From the human T2T-CHM13v2.0 reference genome, Homo sapiens, in NCBI RefSeq assembly GCF_009914755.1, contig NC_060925.1: a stretch of DNA of 64,000 nt; one strand, 5' to 3'. The notes below the pieces were generated by a model. That model was not told the origin of the DNA. It made no database searches and saw only the letters and a list, made by a program, of their open reading frames with translations. The translations under genes were made by a program, and so were the position numbers. Of the stretch, positions 1 through 14,225 are shown piece after piece. Within the stretch, counting starts at the first letter, position 1, and every line of letters starts with the position of its first letter.

Positions 1-365
<365 letters not shown>

Positions 366-1835
366 AATCAGATTTCTAGAAAAAAAAGAAATTGAATTTC
401 TAATTCATAATGATGGCATATCTCACTGATTTAGGTAGTTTAAATTTTTCCTTAACAATTTTTTTTTTAGTTTTCAATTTACAGGTCTTACATATGCTTG
501 TTAATTTTATTCTTAAGTATTCCATGGTCTTTGAAGCTATTATAAATGGTACTTTTTTAACAAAGTAAAAAATTTCAGGTAATTTGTTGTCAGCATGTAG
601 AAATAGAATTGATACTTGTATATTGATCTTATATCATAGGACTTTGCTAAATTGACTTATTAATTTCTAATAGCTTTTATGTAAGCTCCATATGTATATG
701 ATCTTGTCATCTGCAAATATAGGCAATTTGATTTTTTCTTTCAAATATGTATGCTTTTTATGTCTTTACCTCATTATTCTGGTTAGAATCTCCAGTATAA
801 CGTTGAATAGAAATGGAGAGGGGAGGTGGGGTATTTCACCATTAAGTAAAATGTTAGTTGTAGTTTTCTCATTGGGGCCTTTTATAAGGTTGAGAAAAAT
901 TCCTTCTATTCCTAGTTTGCTACAAATTTTTATTATAAATTTATGTTGAATTTTGTTCGAAGCATTTTTTGCATCTATTGGGATACTTATTTAGTTTTTA
1001 TTTTTGTTCTGTTAAGATGGTAAATTACGTTAGTTGATTTTTGAATGTTAAACCAACCTTGCATTCCCTAGATAAATCCCATTTGGTCACATTGTATTAT
1101 CCTTTCTATATATCGCTGGTCTTGAGTTGCTATTCTTTAAAAGAATTTTGCATCTCTGTTCATAAAAGATATTGGTCTGTAGTATTCTTTTCTTGTGATG
1201 TCTTGTTTTCAGGGTTATTTTGTCCTCATAAAATGAATTGCGAAGTGTTCCTTTTACTCTATTTTCGGAAAGAGCTTGTGTTTAAATGATATTATTTCTA
1301 CCTCAAATATTTAATGGAATTCACCAGTAAAGCTCTGTAGGCATGGAGTTCTTTTTCTGTGGGAAGACTTTGAAAAATTCAGTTTATTGAATGGATATGG
1401 AGGTATTCAGATTTTCTGTTTCATCTTGTGTCAGTTTTGGCATTTCATGTCTTTTAGTAAATTTTTCTATTTCAGGTAAATTGTTGGATTTATTGGCATA
1501 AAGTTAATCATAACATTCTTTTACACTCCTCCTAAAATCAATATGTTTATAGTGATAGCCCTTCTTTCATTCCCGATACTGGTAATTTGAATCTCATTTA
1601 TTTTTTAATCAGTCAAGATAGAAGTTTATTAATTTTAATACAAATATTATGTTTTTAAAAGACAAAAAGAAAAATATTTTAAATATTTTCATAGAACCAT
1701 AGAACCATCTTTTGACTTCATTTTCTCTATTGCTTTTCTATTTTCTATTTTTATTGATTTCTGGTCTTGTCTTCATTATTTTCTTCTTTCTAATTGCTTT
1801 GAGTTTAATTTGTTTCAGTTTGTTGAGATGGGAGC

Positions 1836-1924
1836 TGATATGGTTTGGCTCTGTGTCCTTACCTAAATCTCATCTTGAATTGTACTCCAATAATTCCCAC
1901 GTGTTGTGGAAGAGACCCAGTGGG
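1836..1924 (+). mobile_element. THE1 (MaLR) LTR, 5' fragment
   Basis: TGATATGGTTTGGCTCTGTGTCC...AAATCTCATCTTGAATTGTA...ATAATTCCCACGTGTTGTGG matches the start of the THE1 LTR. Confidence 0.9.
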
Positions 1925-2051
<127 letters not shown>

Positions 2052-2537
2052 TAGGTCAGGTTTGTTGTTAATGTTATTTGAGGCTTCTATATCCTTACAA
2101 ATTTTTTATCTACTTCTTTTATCAATTGCTGAGAGAGGGCTGTTGAAATTTCCAAATATAATTGGGGATTTGACCATTTCTCCTTTTAGTTATGCCATAT
2201 TTTCTTCATGTCTTTAGTATCATTGTTATTGGGTGCATACACATTCAGGATTATAATGTCTTCTTAATAAATTGATCCTTTATCATTATGAAATGTCCCT
2301 TTTTACTAATGGGCATATACTTTTTCATGATGTCTACTTCATCTAATATTAGTATAGCCATTCCAGCTGCTTCAGGATCAGTGTTTGCATGGTATATTTT
2401 TATTATTCATCTACTTGACCAATTTGTGTTTTTATACTTAAAGTGTCTTTCTTGTAGACAGCATATAGTTTGGTATTGCTTTTTTTTTTTTTTAACTCTG
2501 TATGATAACCTCTGCCTTTTAATTGGAGAGTTTAGAC

Positions 2538-3740
2538 CAGTGCTCATTAATGTGTAGTCTATGGACCCCTGGAAATCCAAAGGCCTTTCAGGGGTGTTTG
2601 TGAGATGAAAACCATCTTCATAATAATACTAGAAGTTTATTTTCCTTGTTCATGTAGGGACATTTGCAATAATTGTGTAAAAGTGATGGTGGAGAAAAAC
2701 TGCCTTAGCATAAATCAAGGCGTTCACAACAAACTGTGGTGTAGTCAGTGCCATTCAACATGTACTTGCAAAAAAAAAAAATTCAAATTTCACTTAAAAA
2801 TCTCTGGATCAAGGAGTGAAATATTAATTTTATTGAATATATGTCACTTAAATATTTGATTTATTGAGTTGGAAATACATATAAGGCACTTCTGCTGCAT
2901 ATTGAAGTATAACGTCCTGAGTAAAAGCATTTGTGGGATTATTTTAGTTGCAAGCTGAACTAGCCACTTTTTAAATGTTTAAATGAAACACCACTTTTAC
3001 TTAAAAGGACAACTAACAAAATATGTTAATTCAAACTTGGATATATGGCAGCAATTTTCTCAAAAATCAATGTGGTGATCCTGACACTTCAAGGAAAATT
3101 ACTGCTGTATTTTTTGCCAATGGTAACATTTGAGCTCTCAAGTAAAAATTCGAAGTTTGGAAAAATTGTACTTGTCACCATGAACTTGACAGCTTACAAT
3201 AGATGAGATCAGTAGTGATATGAACAACTATATTTTTTCAATATTGTATAATGTAATATATCTACAAAACTCAGCAAGCCAATACTTTCCAAATGATGAA
3301 CGCATGATGCCATGCAGGTAAAAGAACCATTCAAATTGCTAGATAGATAATTGGATTTTAATGTACTTAACAGTGAGAAGTTCAATTGATCCGATTTCAT
3401 TTCCCACATTTTAACTAACATTTAAGCAACTACCACTTGCCAAGTTTTAGTATAGTATCAAAGATGAATATCCACATGTATACAAAAAAGATATTAACAT
3501 ATTCCTCTTTTTTCCACCTACATAACTGTGTGAAGCCAGATTATCTTCACATACCTCAACCAAAACAACATATTGCAACAAATTGAATGCAGAAACAGAC
3601 AGGAGTATCCAGTTGTCTTACATGAAGCTAGACATTAAAGAAGTTTGCAAAAATGTGAAACAACATTGTTATTCTCCCTAAATATTTTTGTTTTGAAAAA
3701 TATAGTTATTTGTCCAAAAAGTATGTTGTTTGTGTTGTGT
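2538..3740 (+). mobile_element. Charlie1a-like hAT DNA transposon, copy 1 (one end missing)
   Basis: CAGTG terminus after the hAT-type 8-mer GTTTAGAC; GGACCCCTGG...CCTTTCAGGGG...TTCATAATAATACTA; colinear with the copy at 61226-63491. Confidence 0.8.
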
Positions 3741-4069
<329 letters not shown>

Positions 4070-4408
4070 TGAATCAAATGTTGTAACTGAATGTTTCTGG
4101 AGGAAAGAGATTTCTGGTTTTTTAAAATTTCATTATTTTTTAGTTGGATTGCATTATTGTCAGACAATTCTTTGGAATTTATTGAGGTTTTCTTTATGGC
4201 TTGATATGATCATTTTTCATGAGCATTGATGAGAATTTAAGAAGTAGGTAGTTTCTAGTATCGGGCTTGAGAGCACAATATATACCTGTACATCTACCTC
4301 ATTGATTTTTGTATTCAGGTTTTCTGTGGCTTCACTAAAATTGTTATCCCTGTGATCTGTCTTGGTTTGAGAACTATGTTAAAATTTTCCATTATTTGTA
4401 TGTTTCTT

Positions 4409-5331
4409 TTTTTATTATACTTTAAGTTTTAGGGTACATGTGCACAATGTGCAGGTTAGTTACATATGTATACATGTGCCATGTTGGTGTGCTGCACCCA
4501 TTAACTCATCATTTAACATTAGGTATATCTCCTAATGCTATCCCTCCCCTCTCCCCCTACCCCACCACAGGCCCCGGTGTGTGTTGTTCCCCTTCCTGTG
4601 TCCATGTGTTCTCATTGTTCAATTCCCACCTATAAGTGAGAATATGCGGTGTTTGGTTTTTTGTCCTTGCAATAGTTTGCTGAGAATGATGGTTTCCAGC
4701 TTTATCCATGTCCCTACAAAGGACATGAACTCATCCTTTTTTATGGCTGCATAGTATTCCATGGTGTATATGTGCCACATTTTCTTAATCCAGTCTATCA
4801 TGGTTGGACATTTGGATTGGTTCCAAGTCTTTGCTGTTGTGAATAGTGCCACAATAAACATACGTGTGCATGTGTCTTTATACCAACATGATTTATAATC
4901 CTTTGGGTATATACCCACTAATGGGATTGCTGGGTCAAATGGTATTTCTAGTTCTAGATCCCTGAGGAATGGCCACACTGACTTCCACAATGGTTGAACT
5001 AGTTTACAGTCCCACCAACAGTGTAAAAGTGTTCCTATTTCTCCACATTCTCTCCAGCACCTGTTGTTTCCTAACTTTTTAATGATTGCCATTCTAACTG
5101 GTGTGAGATGGTATCTCATTGTGGTTTTGATTTGCATTTCTCTGATGGCCAGTGATGATGAGCATTTTTTCATGTGTCTGTTGGCTGCATAAATGTCTTC
5201 TTTTGAGAAGTGTCTGTTCATATCCTTTGCCCACTTTTTGATGGGGTTGTTTTTTTTTCTTGTAAATTTGTTTGAGTTCATTGTAGATTCTGGAGCTTAG
5301 CCCTTTGTCAGATGAGTAGATTGCAAAAATG
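4409..5331 (-). mobile_element. 5'-truncated L1PA (approx. L1PA4/5) with 3' UTR and poly-A
   Basis: Classic L1 3' end TTATTATACTTTAAGTTTTAGGGTACATGTGCAC; perfect 12-bp TSD TGTATGTTTCTT at 4397-4408 and 5332-5343; TT|AAGA endonuclease site. Confidence 0.97.
4619..5281 (-). pseudogene. L1 ORF2p C-terminal fragment (cysteine-rich domain), non-functional
   Basis: 220-aa translation includes [33 protein letters not shown] and TCTRMFI, ending SLIGGN like L1 ORF2p; lacks endonuclease, RT and promoter. Confidence 0.95.
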
Positions 5332-6086
5332 TGTATGTTTCTTAATTCTCCTTTTCTGCTGTATTCTATTGCTTCGGTTTCCTCTTTTTGGTTCCTATTA
5401 TATGTATATTGGCTTTTGTCTATTTTCTATATCTATCTCTTTCTTTTAAGAATCTGCTAAATTTTTCTATTATTTGCATGTTTGTTAATTCTCCTTTTCT
5501 TTTCTGTGTTCCTGCTCTGTGAAAATCTGTGCTATTTTATTAGGTATATAACTATCAATAACTATTATATCTTCATTGTGACTATAGCCTTTAACACTAT
5601 AAAGTGCTTTTAACATCACTTTTTATGCTATTTCATCCTGGATTTGACCTTGTAAGATCATGATTGTAGACCCTGTCATTTGGTCTCAGTTCTTCATGTG
5701 ACTATTTACTTACATAGGGCTCAACACTAGTTCTTGTTTTGATGTTTCGCTAGTCTTTTTTATTTTTTGAAGCCCTGGTAGATTTTTCTGGACGTCCCTA
5801 TGGGAATAGTATTATGTGAGTTCTTGCCTGTTTGTAGCAACTTACCTGTGACCTTCATACTTGAAATTAATTTTGCCTGGATATTAAATCCATGATTTAC
5901 ATTTTCTGCTGTAGAAAACTCTGATGACAATCTGCCTTTTATCCTTCCTTACAAGAGTCTTAGTTTTTTGTTTGAAGTCTGAAGCATTGTTTTTACAAAA
6001 AAAAATCCAACATTTTTACTAGTTGTGTACCCTTTCAATATATAGTTTCAAGTCATTTTTTATTTCAAAAAGTTTTTTTGAATTAA

Positions 6087-6383
<297 letters not shown>

Positions 6384-7849
6384 TGAATTATAATTTTTAA
6401 TATTTATTCTGTTCTATTGTTTTCATTTTCTCTTTCAGGTTCCTGTTACATGAATGTTAGCCTTTTGTTTATCTTCTTTGTCTTTCTTTCAAATTCTTAT
6501 CTTTTCCTTAATGTGTTTTTTTATTATTATTTTTTAAAACTTTTCCATTTCCATTTTCTATTTCTCTTAAAGCATATGTGTGTTCCTTCTGGTTTTGTTT
6601 TTATTTCTAAAATTATTTTTATTTTTTCTAATTCTTTCTTGAGTTCTGTCACCTGTTTTCTTAAATATTTGTTTTCAATAATTATCTGATTTTTTCAATT
6701 TTGCTGATTTTGATATGTGTTGTCATCTAATAATTTTTACCATGCTTTTATTTTTTTAGTTTTTAAAAATATTAAATTATAATTTTCGTGAGTTTTTTTA
6801 TGGGCTCGTTTTTCTGGCATGATTTTATTATCTACAGGCATGTTATTCTACTCTTGTTTTCTTTTTTTCTTATAATAACTTTGTAAGAAATTTCACTGTA
6901 ATCTTTTTTCCTATACTTTTAGGAGAAGTGCAGAAGATATTTTCTTGCTCTATAGATCTAAAAAATCTGTGTGGGGTTTTTTTCCTCCAAAGTGACCAAA
7001 AGTAATTTCTAAGATTTGTTTCCTTTTTCTCCTTACTTTGCTTTCCAACTTTTAACTAGATCTTCTCTTTATTTGCCCTTGTAGTTCAAATCCTGCCTAA
7101 CCTGGATTCTCTTTTCAGTAGTTTGCCCTCAGTGCAGAATTTTGTCTTGTAGAGGAGATTTAATTTGTTAATTTTGAGAGTTTATGAGACCCCGACTGCT
7201 CCATTTGATCTTTTCTATCATTAGGCCTGATTACAACATGGTCCCTGTGAATTTGCCCATAAGTTTTATCCTGCAGACCCCCCTGTCAGTTTCAGCCATT
7301 GTTCTCAGATGAACTTGCACGTTGTAGTGAGTACCACATGGTGACTTTTGTTGCTGTCATGATCTCAAGGCCATTAGAGGATCATTGGTCATTACTTTTT
7401 TCCTCCAATGCAAATACTGATACTGCTCACATCCTGTAGGTGAGGGTGTTGTGTACTTGGGGGACCACAAAAATACTTGTCACCTAGAGTTATTGTGAGA
7501 GATCACTCATGAGTCTTCTGTTTCGCTATCTTAGTTGCTGTTTATGTTTTTCGGGGAATTTAAGGAGATTATACTGTCTTGGATGCCTCCTTCTTACTAA
7601 TCCTTTTTGATGCCCAATTTGTGCCATTTTTAACCTGTGGAAATACATTTGGTTAGGCTTCTGTTTCCTTTAGACATGATCCCATTAGTTCTGCATAGTT
7701 TTCTTACTTTATGGCACAAAAAGACACTCAAGGCTTATCTTAGTCATCGCCTGCTCCAGTCTTTGAATGAACATTTCTACAAAGAGCTTCCATTCCTTTT
7801 ATCCATCAGACTTTTAGTTTATCTATCTAAGCTGTGAATCATTATCTTT

Positions 7850-8128
7850 ATTTTTTATTTTTTTTGGGGGGGGTTGGGGGTGGACAGGGTCTGGCTCTGT
7901 CACCCAGGCCTGAGTGCAATAGTGCAATCGTAGCTCACCACAACCTCAAGCTCCTGGGCACGCACCATCATACTTGGCTATTTTTTTTTTTTTTTTTTTT
8001 ACTTTTTGTACAGATGGAGTCTCACTGTGCTGCCCAGGCTGGTCTTGAACTCCTGGCCATAAGCAATCCTCCTGCCTCAGCCCCCCAAAGTATTGGGATT
8101 ACAGGAGCATGAGCCACTGCACCCAGCT
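7850..8128 (-). mobile_element. Alu (AluJ) with internal deletion and G-run at the tail junction
   Basis: Reverse Alu; GGGGGGGGTTGGGGGTGG sits between the T tail and the body. Confidence 0.9.
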
Positions 8129-8764
8129 AAATCATTTCCTTTAAAAACCTAAGCAAAGCATTGGAAAAGAGCCATCTGAAATTTTCAAGAAAGGGAAAAA
8201 ATAAAGAATTTTACAAAACCCCCAAAACCTAAGCAAGTCCTCTTCAAGAAGGTTCATAATTGTAGAAACTCTCTCAGTTAAAGCCACTGTACCTTGACCA
8301 AAGAAAAGTGTTATATCAAAGAGAAAGGGGAAAACCATGATATAATGGAGCCAGAATTGTACTTGAAACCCAGGTGAAAATAAGGATTCATCAAGTAATG
8401 CAATACAAAGTGAAAGAAAAACAAGAAGGAAGGAAAGAAATTAATTTTCACTCAGTGTCTGTCATTTATCAGGTAGAGAGTTGGGGTTTTCACATTACCT
8501 TGTTTGACCCTTAGAAAAACTCAGAGGGCATGTAAAGTATAACTATCCCAATTTTACAACTACAGAAACAGAAGTTCAGGGAGTTTACTCAAGGTCATCC
8601 CACCAATACACAGACTGGGTAATACAGTAGAGGTACAGAAATATTCTTGTCCTAAATTAGTGGCTTCAAAAATCATTAAAACAAAACAAAACACCTAAAG
8701 GTTGTAGTAATTTTACCAGTAAATAGATACATACATACATACATAAACACACATATATTTTCAA

Positions 8765-9845
8765 ATTTTGAAACTTTTTATTTTTGGAATAATTGTAGAG
8801 TGACAGCAAATTACAATGATGTTTCAGAGAGGTCTTCTGTATTCATCACCCAGTTTTCCCCATTGGTTACATCTTATGTGACAATAGTACCATAGCAAAA
8901 CCAGGAAATTGACACTCTCATAACGTGCATGTATAGTTCTATGTCATTTTATTACATATGTAGATTCATATAACCACCATCAGAATCAAGATACAGATCT
9001 ATTTAATCACCATAAAGATCTCCTTTGTGCTACTGGTTTATAGTCACACACACACCCTGCCTCTCAACTATCCATAACCCCTGTCAACCATTAATTTGTT
9101 CTTCATTGCTATAATATTTTTTCATTTTGAGAATATTTCATGAATAGAATCATGAAGTATTCCATTTGAGATTATTTTTTTCCCACTCAGCATAATGCTT
9201 TTGAGATTTATCCAAGTTGTTGCATGTGCTAATAGTTTGTTCCTTTTTATTGTGGAATCGTATGCCATGGTGTGGATGTATCACAGTTTATTTAACTCTT
9301 TACCTATTGTAGAACATTTTGATTGTTTCCAATTTGGGGCTATTAAAAAATCCAGTTGCTATGAATAATCATGTATAGGTCTTTGTGTGGATATAAGTTT
9401 TCATTTCTCTGAGATAAATACTCAGGAGTGCAATTGCTGAGTCACAGAGTAAATGTATGTTTAGATTTTAAAGAAACTGCTAAAGTATTGTCCAGAGTGG
9501 TTGTCCTATTTTACATTCCCATCCGTAATGTAAATGTATGAAAGATCCATCTTCCCTGTGTCCTTGTCAGCATTTGATGTTGTCACTATTTTTCATTTTA
9601 GCTGGTCTAATAGATATGTAGTGATAGCACATTGTGGTCTTAGATTCCATTTCCCTAACAGCTAGTGATGTTGACCATCTTTTTATGTACATATTGCCAT
9701 TCACATATCCTCTTGAATGAAATGTATTGTCCTTTGTCTACTTTCTAATTGGATTTTTTGCTGTTGTTTGGTTTTGAACTGTTGAGTTTTTAAAGAACTG
9801 ATAGTCCTTTATATACTCTAGGTACTAGTCCTTTGTCAGATACAT
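8765..9845 (-). mobile_element. L1MC-type 3' end
   Basis: TTCATCACCCAGTTTTCCCC...CAAAACCAGGAAATTGACA...CACTCAGCATAATGC...CCTTTGTCAGATA, matching the L1MC 3' UTR and ORF2 end. Confidence 0.85.
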
Positions 9846-9891
9846 GAGTAAAGGAGATACAGAGAGAGAGAGAGAGAGAGAAAGAGAATGC

Positions 9892-10341
9892 TGTAAGGAA
9901 AATAGATGTGCTTTAGTCAAGAATAGGTCAAGGCAGACATCTGGGCCAGTGTGACTCAGCAAGTTTGGAGCACAGGCACCCAACTGCACTCATTATATAA
10001 CCTGTTTATGTAAGCTCATACTTACTCTGGGCCACTGTTGTCTGTAAAAGGTATAACTGCCCTGCTGACACTGTACATACGGCTCACACCCAGAGAGAGG
10101 AGTGAAGCTGCTAACCCTATAAGGAAAAGCCGTAGGGGTGGCAGGAGCCGCAGAGCCAGCTGCTGAGAAGGGCTGCAGCCGGATCGGGCAGCCGAGACAA
10201 AGGCTGGCAGAGAGAGAACATAATAAAAGCCATATTTCACCTGCCTATGGCCCCCTTGAGTGTTCTTTCAGCTATCCACTACCCATCCACCCACTCCCCT
10301 CGGACCTCAGCATAGGCTGGAACCTGACACTTGGCAGGACA
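9892..10341 (+). mobile_element. LTR18-family solo LTR (ERVL)
   Basis: TG...CA ends; 5-bp TSD AATGC/CATGC; GTGACTCAGCA at 9951-9961, TATATAA at 9994, AATAAA at 10222; resembles the LTR18 consensus from memory. Confidence 0.8.
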
Positions 10342-10371
10342 CATGCACATGTGCTAGTTCTCTGATGTCCT

Positions 10372-10650
10372 TTCTCTTTTTTCTTGAGACAGGGTCTTGG
10401 TCTGTTGTGCAGGCTGCAGCCTCGACCTCCTGGGCTTAAAGTGATCCTCCAACCTCAGTCTCCCAAGTAGCTGGTACCACAAGTTTGGTGTGCCACCAAA
10501 CCTAGCTAATTAAAAAAAAATGATTCTTTTTGTAGAGACAGTATCTCCCTAGGTTTCCCAGGCTGGTCTCAAACTCCTGGGCTCCAGCGATTCTCCTGCT
10601 TCAGCTTTCCCAACTGCTGAGATTACAGGTGTGAACCACTGCGCCCGGCT
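10372..10650 (-). mobile_element. Alu (AluJ) with internal deletion
   Basis: Reverse Alu; flanks TGATGTCC/TGGTGTCC resemble a TSD. Confidence 0.9.
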
Positions 10651-11029
10651 TGGTGTCCCCTTTTATAAGGAGACTAATCCTGTCATATCAGAGGCCCACC
10701 ATTATGACTTCATTTAACCCTAGTTACCTTTTTATGGGTCTCATCTGCAAATACAGTCACTTTGGGTGTTAGGGCTTCAACACGGGAATTTTGTGGGGAC
10801 ACAGTTTAGTCCATAGCATGATGGATGATCATGGAAGCCCTGAATCTCCTCTACTGGCCTCTAGGCCTCCCCTGACATAACTCCAGAGGAGAAAGGGAGG
10901 AGCGTCTCATTCCACTGAGTCAGGGTGATCTTTATCGACTCCTAGTGTCACAAAGATGTTGGGGACGGTTACTCTTGTGAGTATGCATTAGGTTTTATGG
11001 GACTCTACCTTATCAGAATGGATGAGGTA

Positions 11030-11387
11030 CCCTGCTGCCCTTGAGAGGCAAGGTATCATGTCGTGAAAAGGCCGGTGAGGGGGCCACATGGCAAGGAACT
11101 GTGTATGGTCTCTAGGAGTCATGAGTGGCTTTGCTGAAAGCCAGCCCCAGTCCTACAGCTTTAAGGAATGAGAGTGTGCCAGCAACCACATGAACTTGGA
11201 AGAAGGTCCTGAGTTTCAGAAAGGAATGCACCCCACCTGATGCCTTGATGGCAGCCTAGACCCTGAGGAGATGACTCAACTAAGCTATGCCAGACTCCTG
11301 ACCTACAGAAACTGTGAGATAATACATGTATGTTGTTTTAAGCCATTGTTGTGGTAATTTGTTACAGTGTGATAGAAAACTAATACA
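11030..11387 (+). mobile_element. MLT1E/F-like MaLR LTR fragment
   Basis: GGGCCACATGGCAAGGAACTG...ACTCCTGACCTACAGAAACTGTGAGATAATA...GTGGTAATTTGTTAC...AAAACTAATACA. Confidence 0.8.
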
Positions 11388-12979
11388 ACACTCCAATTTC
11401 CATGACTTTCCTTTGTATCTGTGATCTACTTATCCCCCACCCTACACACTGCACCCATGACATAAAAAGTGGTAAATATAAACATTTTTTTGGACATGCT
11501 TAATAATTTGTCTATAGCGAATGCTGACAAAAACTTGATATATTTCTTGCCATATGAAGTAAGTGAGCTTACTGGAGAATAGTCTCTTCTGCCAAAAGTT
11601 GCAGGAAACAACAAAGGGTAATAAAATTTAATATCTGAGGAGATGGTAACAGATGGACTGTAGGCTTTTAAAAAAATGAATATTGGAATCTCTAAGGTGA
11701 ATGAATCTTTTATGACTAAATATGGAAGACAGGTTTTATAAGTATACAGCAAAAAAATAAAATAACCAAGCAAAGTTGAACTATCATGAAAAAGATGGAA
11801 AATAAAAAGTTAAAAAGGCACAAATCTATGATTAGCATAAAAAGTACATCTGTGCCAAGAAGTTAATCGAATAATAAAATAAAACAATTTTAATAAGAAA
11901 GATCGTAATAATGAAATGTCTCATGTTAAGAAACATGAAAACCAGGATACAATCAGTATGGAGCAAATAACGATAATGCTGGCATGGGTGCTAAAATACC
12001 ACCAAAGAAACAAGTTTTCAGTCCAGAAGCACAAACATGTCAGTCACTTCTTGCCCGTTTCAAAATTCCAAAAGAAGTTGGGTCCAAGATACAGCATGAG
12101 TTTCATGCTAGCCAAACATCATATTATTTTCTCCTCAATTAAATCTTCTCGGTGAGCTACAAATGTTTCTTTTGTCACTAACCACTCCAGGTGGGCCTTG
12201 TTAGCTCCCAGTTTATTGCCAGATTGCTAAGCCCACTGCTAAACTGAGTGCTGTCATTCCCTCGTCTTCCCACATTTGCTACCTCCACGCTCTTAAATCA
12301 CAACTGCTTAACACTCCCACTCTTGCCTTATACTTCCACCTCCTCGTGTGCTTCCACATGGCCCTAGATGGTGGAAACAAAATTCTCTTATCCATCTGAC
12401 ATCACCTTTTTCCTACGTATTCCTTCAAAAAAGCTCACCTCTTCTGAGGAGGTGATTCTGAAATGATTTTAATGACAAATTTAAGTAGCACAGAAGCTAC
12501 TAACAAAAATAGTCTCTCTTTGATCTCAATGAGATCCATACTTCCCTCTTTAAGTGCAACCTCCTCTTTTCCATATGCCCTGGGTCTTGACTGCCATGCA
12601 AATATGAATTACAAGCCCAAGAGGCAGAGATGAAAGCCATGAGAATAAGTGCTAGGTAGTGTCTCCTGTTGTTAGAGAAGAACAAACATAAATTATAGTT
12701 GACTGGTAAAGACATTATTGGGAACAGAGCCTCTAGTTTTGAAAGTTACATTAGTCAATTGATTCAATCACTAATTCAATAAGTGCTTCTTGTGTGCTGA
12801 TTATGTGCGAGGTATAGCTTTGTGCTATGTGTACACTGAGGGGAAACAGAACTACCAGTGTAGGAAGTGATCAAGATTAAAAAGAAGCAAAAATACAAGC
12901 TGTGATAGCTTTCTCGAATAAAATAAAGAGAGTTCAACAATGTGGAACAAGATAGGAAGGGAGCAAGGTAGTCATGGAA

Positions 12980-13428
12980 TGTAACAATTAATTTTATGTG
13001 TCAACTTGACTGGGCGAAAGGATGCCCAGGTAGCTGGTCAAACGTAATTTCTGGGTGCGTCTATGAGGATGCTTCTGGAGGAGATCAGCATTTGAGTTGG
13101 TAAACTGAGTAAAGAAGATTTGCCCTCACCTGTGCAGGTGGGCATTATCCAATTCACTGAGGACCCAACAGAGTAAAAAGGTGGAGAAAGAGTGAATTTG
13201 CTCTCTCTTCTTGAGCTGGAACATTCATGTTTCCTAACCTTGGTCATTGGTGCTCCTGGTTCTCTAGCATTGGACTTGGACTGGGACAAACATTGGCTGC
13301 CCTGGTTCTTGGGGCTTTGGGTTTGGGTTCAAACTATACCACTGACATTCCTGGGCTTCCAGCTTGCAGATGGCAAGTTGTGGAACTTATCAGCTTCCAT
13401 AATCACCTGAGCCAATCCCTCATAATAA

Positions 13429-13483
<55 letters not shown>

Positions 13484-13520
13484 AATCTCTCTCTGTTATC
13501 TATCTCATCTATCATTTATC

Positions 13521-13565
<45 letters not shown>

Positions 13566-13620
13566 ATGTGTCTATCTATCTCCTGTTGGTTCTACTTTTC
13601 TAGAGAACCCTGGCTAACCT
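12980..13620 (+). mobile_element. MLT2B-like ERVL LTR
   Basis: AATTTTATGTGTCAACTTGACTGG...CCAGCTTGCAGATGGC...TCTAGAGAACCCTGGCTAA. Confidence 0.88.
13431..13580. repeat. Compound (TATC)n STR: (TATC)12 ... (TATC)11
   Basis: Perfect arrays at 13431-13478 and 13522-13565 inside the MLT2 LTR. Confidence 0.97.
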
Positions 13621-13666
13621 CACTAAAATTATTTTTAATGACATTCTTGTTATGTGCCTTTAAAAA

Positions 13667-13816
13667 TTTTCTTTCTTTTCTTTTCTTTTTTTTTTTAAGA
13701 AACGAGGGTCTCACTGTGTTGCCCAGGCTGGTCTTCACCTCCTGGCCTCAAGCAGTCCTCCAGCCCCAGTCTCCCAGCGTGCTGGGATTATAGGCATAAG
13801 CTACCATGCCCTGCCT
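13667..13816 (-). mobile_element. FLAM / Alu left monomer
   Basis: T tail followed by a single reverse Alu left arm. Confidence 0.88.
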
Positions 13817-13984
13817 CTATGTGTCTTGTTTGAGCTCTGCTCTTTGTCTCTCTGTTCTTCACAACTTTCATTCATTTTCCACTTTCACATTTCTAACCCA
13901 TGTTAGTTTCCTTTCCTTTTTGCTCCTCAGAAGACAGTACCTACCTGCTGCTTATATTTCAAAAAAGGAGGTAAATTTGTACCG

Positions 13985-14225
13985 TGTGATCCTGGACAGA
14001 GTGGGCTCTGGGGTCAGATCTCCTGTGGCCTGGAATTCTGGCTCTGCTGCTTGCCAGCTGTGCAAACTCGTGCAAATTTCCTTTTAGTTTCCTGAGATAT
14101 AAAATGATGATAACTATGGTTCCTAGATTCTGAGGTAGTTGAGAGAATTAATTAAAATACAACATGCAAAATAATTAATACAGTGTCTGCCATATAGCAA
14201 AAACCAACGGATGTTAGCTGTTCCT
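13985..14225 (+). mobile_element. MIR SINE
   Basis: GCTCTGGGGTCAGA...CTGGCTCTGCTGCTT...TAAAATG...CAGTGTCTGCCATATAG MIR core and tail. Confidence 0.7.

Larger units (their letters stand above)
9850..10818 (-). mobile_element. MLT1A-like MaLR LTR fragment, interrupted by LTR18 and Alu
   Basis: TTATAAGGAGACTAATCC...GGGTGTTAGGGCTTCAACA...GGGGACACAGTTTAGTCCATAGCA LTR end; (GA)n at 9861-9880. Confidence 0.75.

Noticed and set aside
4619-5281. 220-aa ORF as an active gene
   Set aside because: Fragment of L1 ORF2p in a 5'-truncated insertion; no promoter, endonuclease or RT domain
13227-13793. 188-aa ORF with YLSI repeats
   Set aside because: Reads through the MLT2 LTR, the (TATC)n arrays and a FLAM
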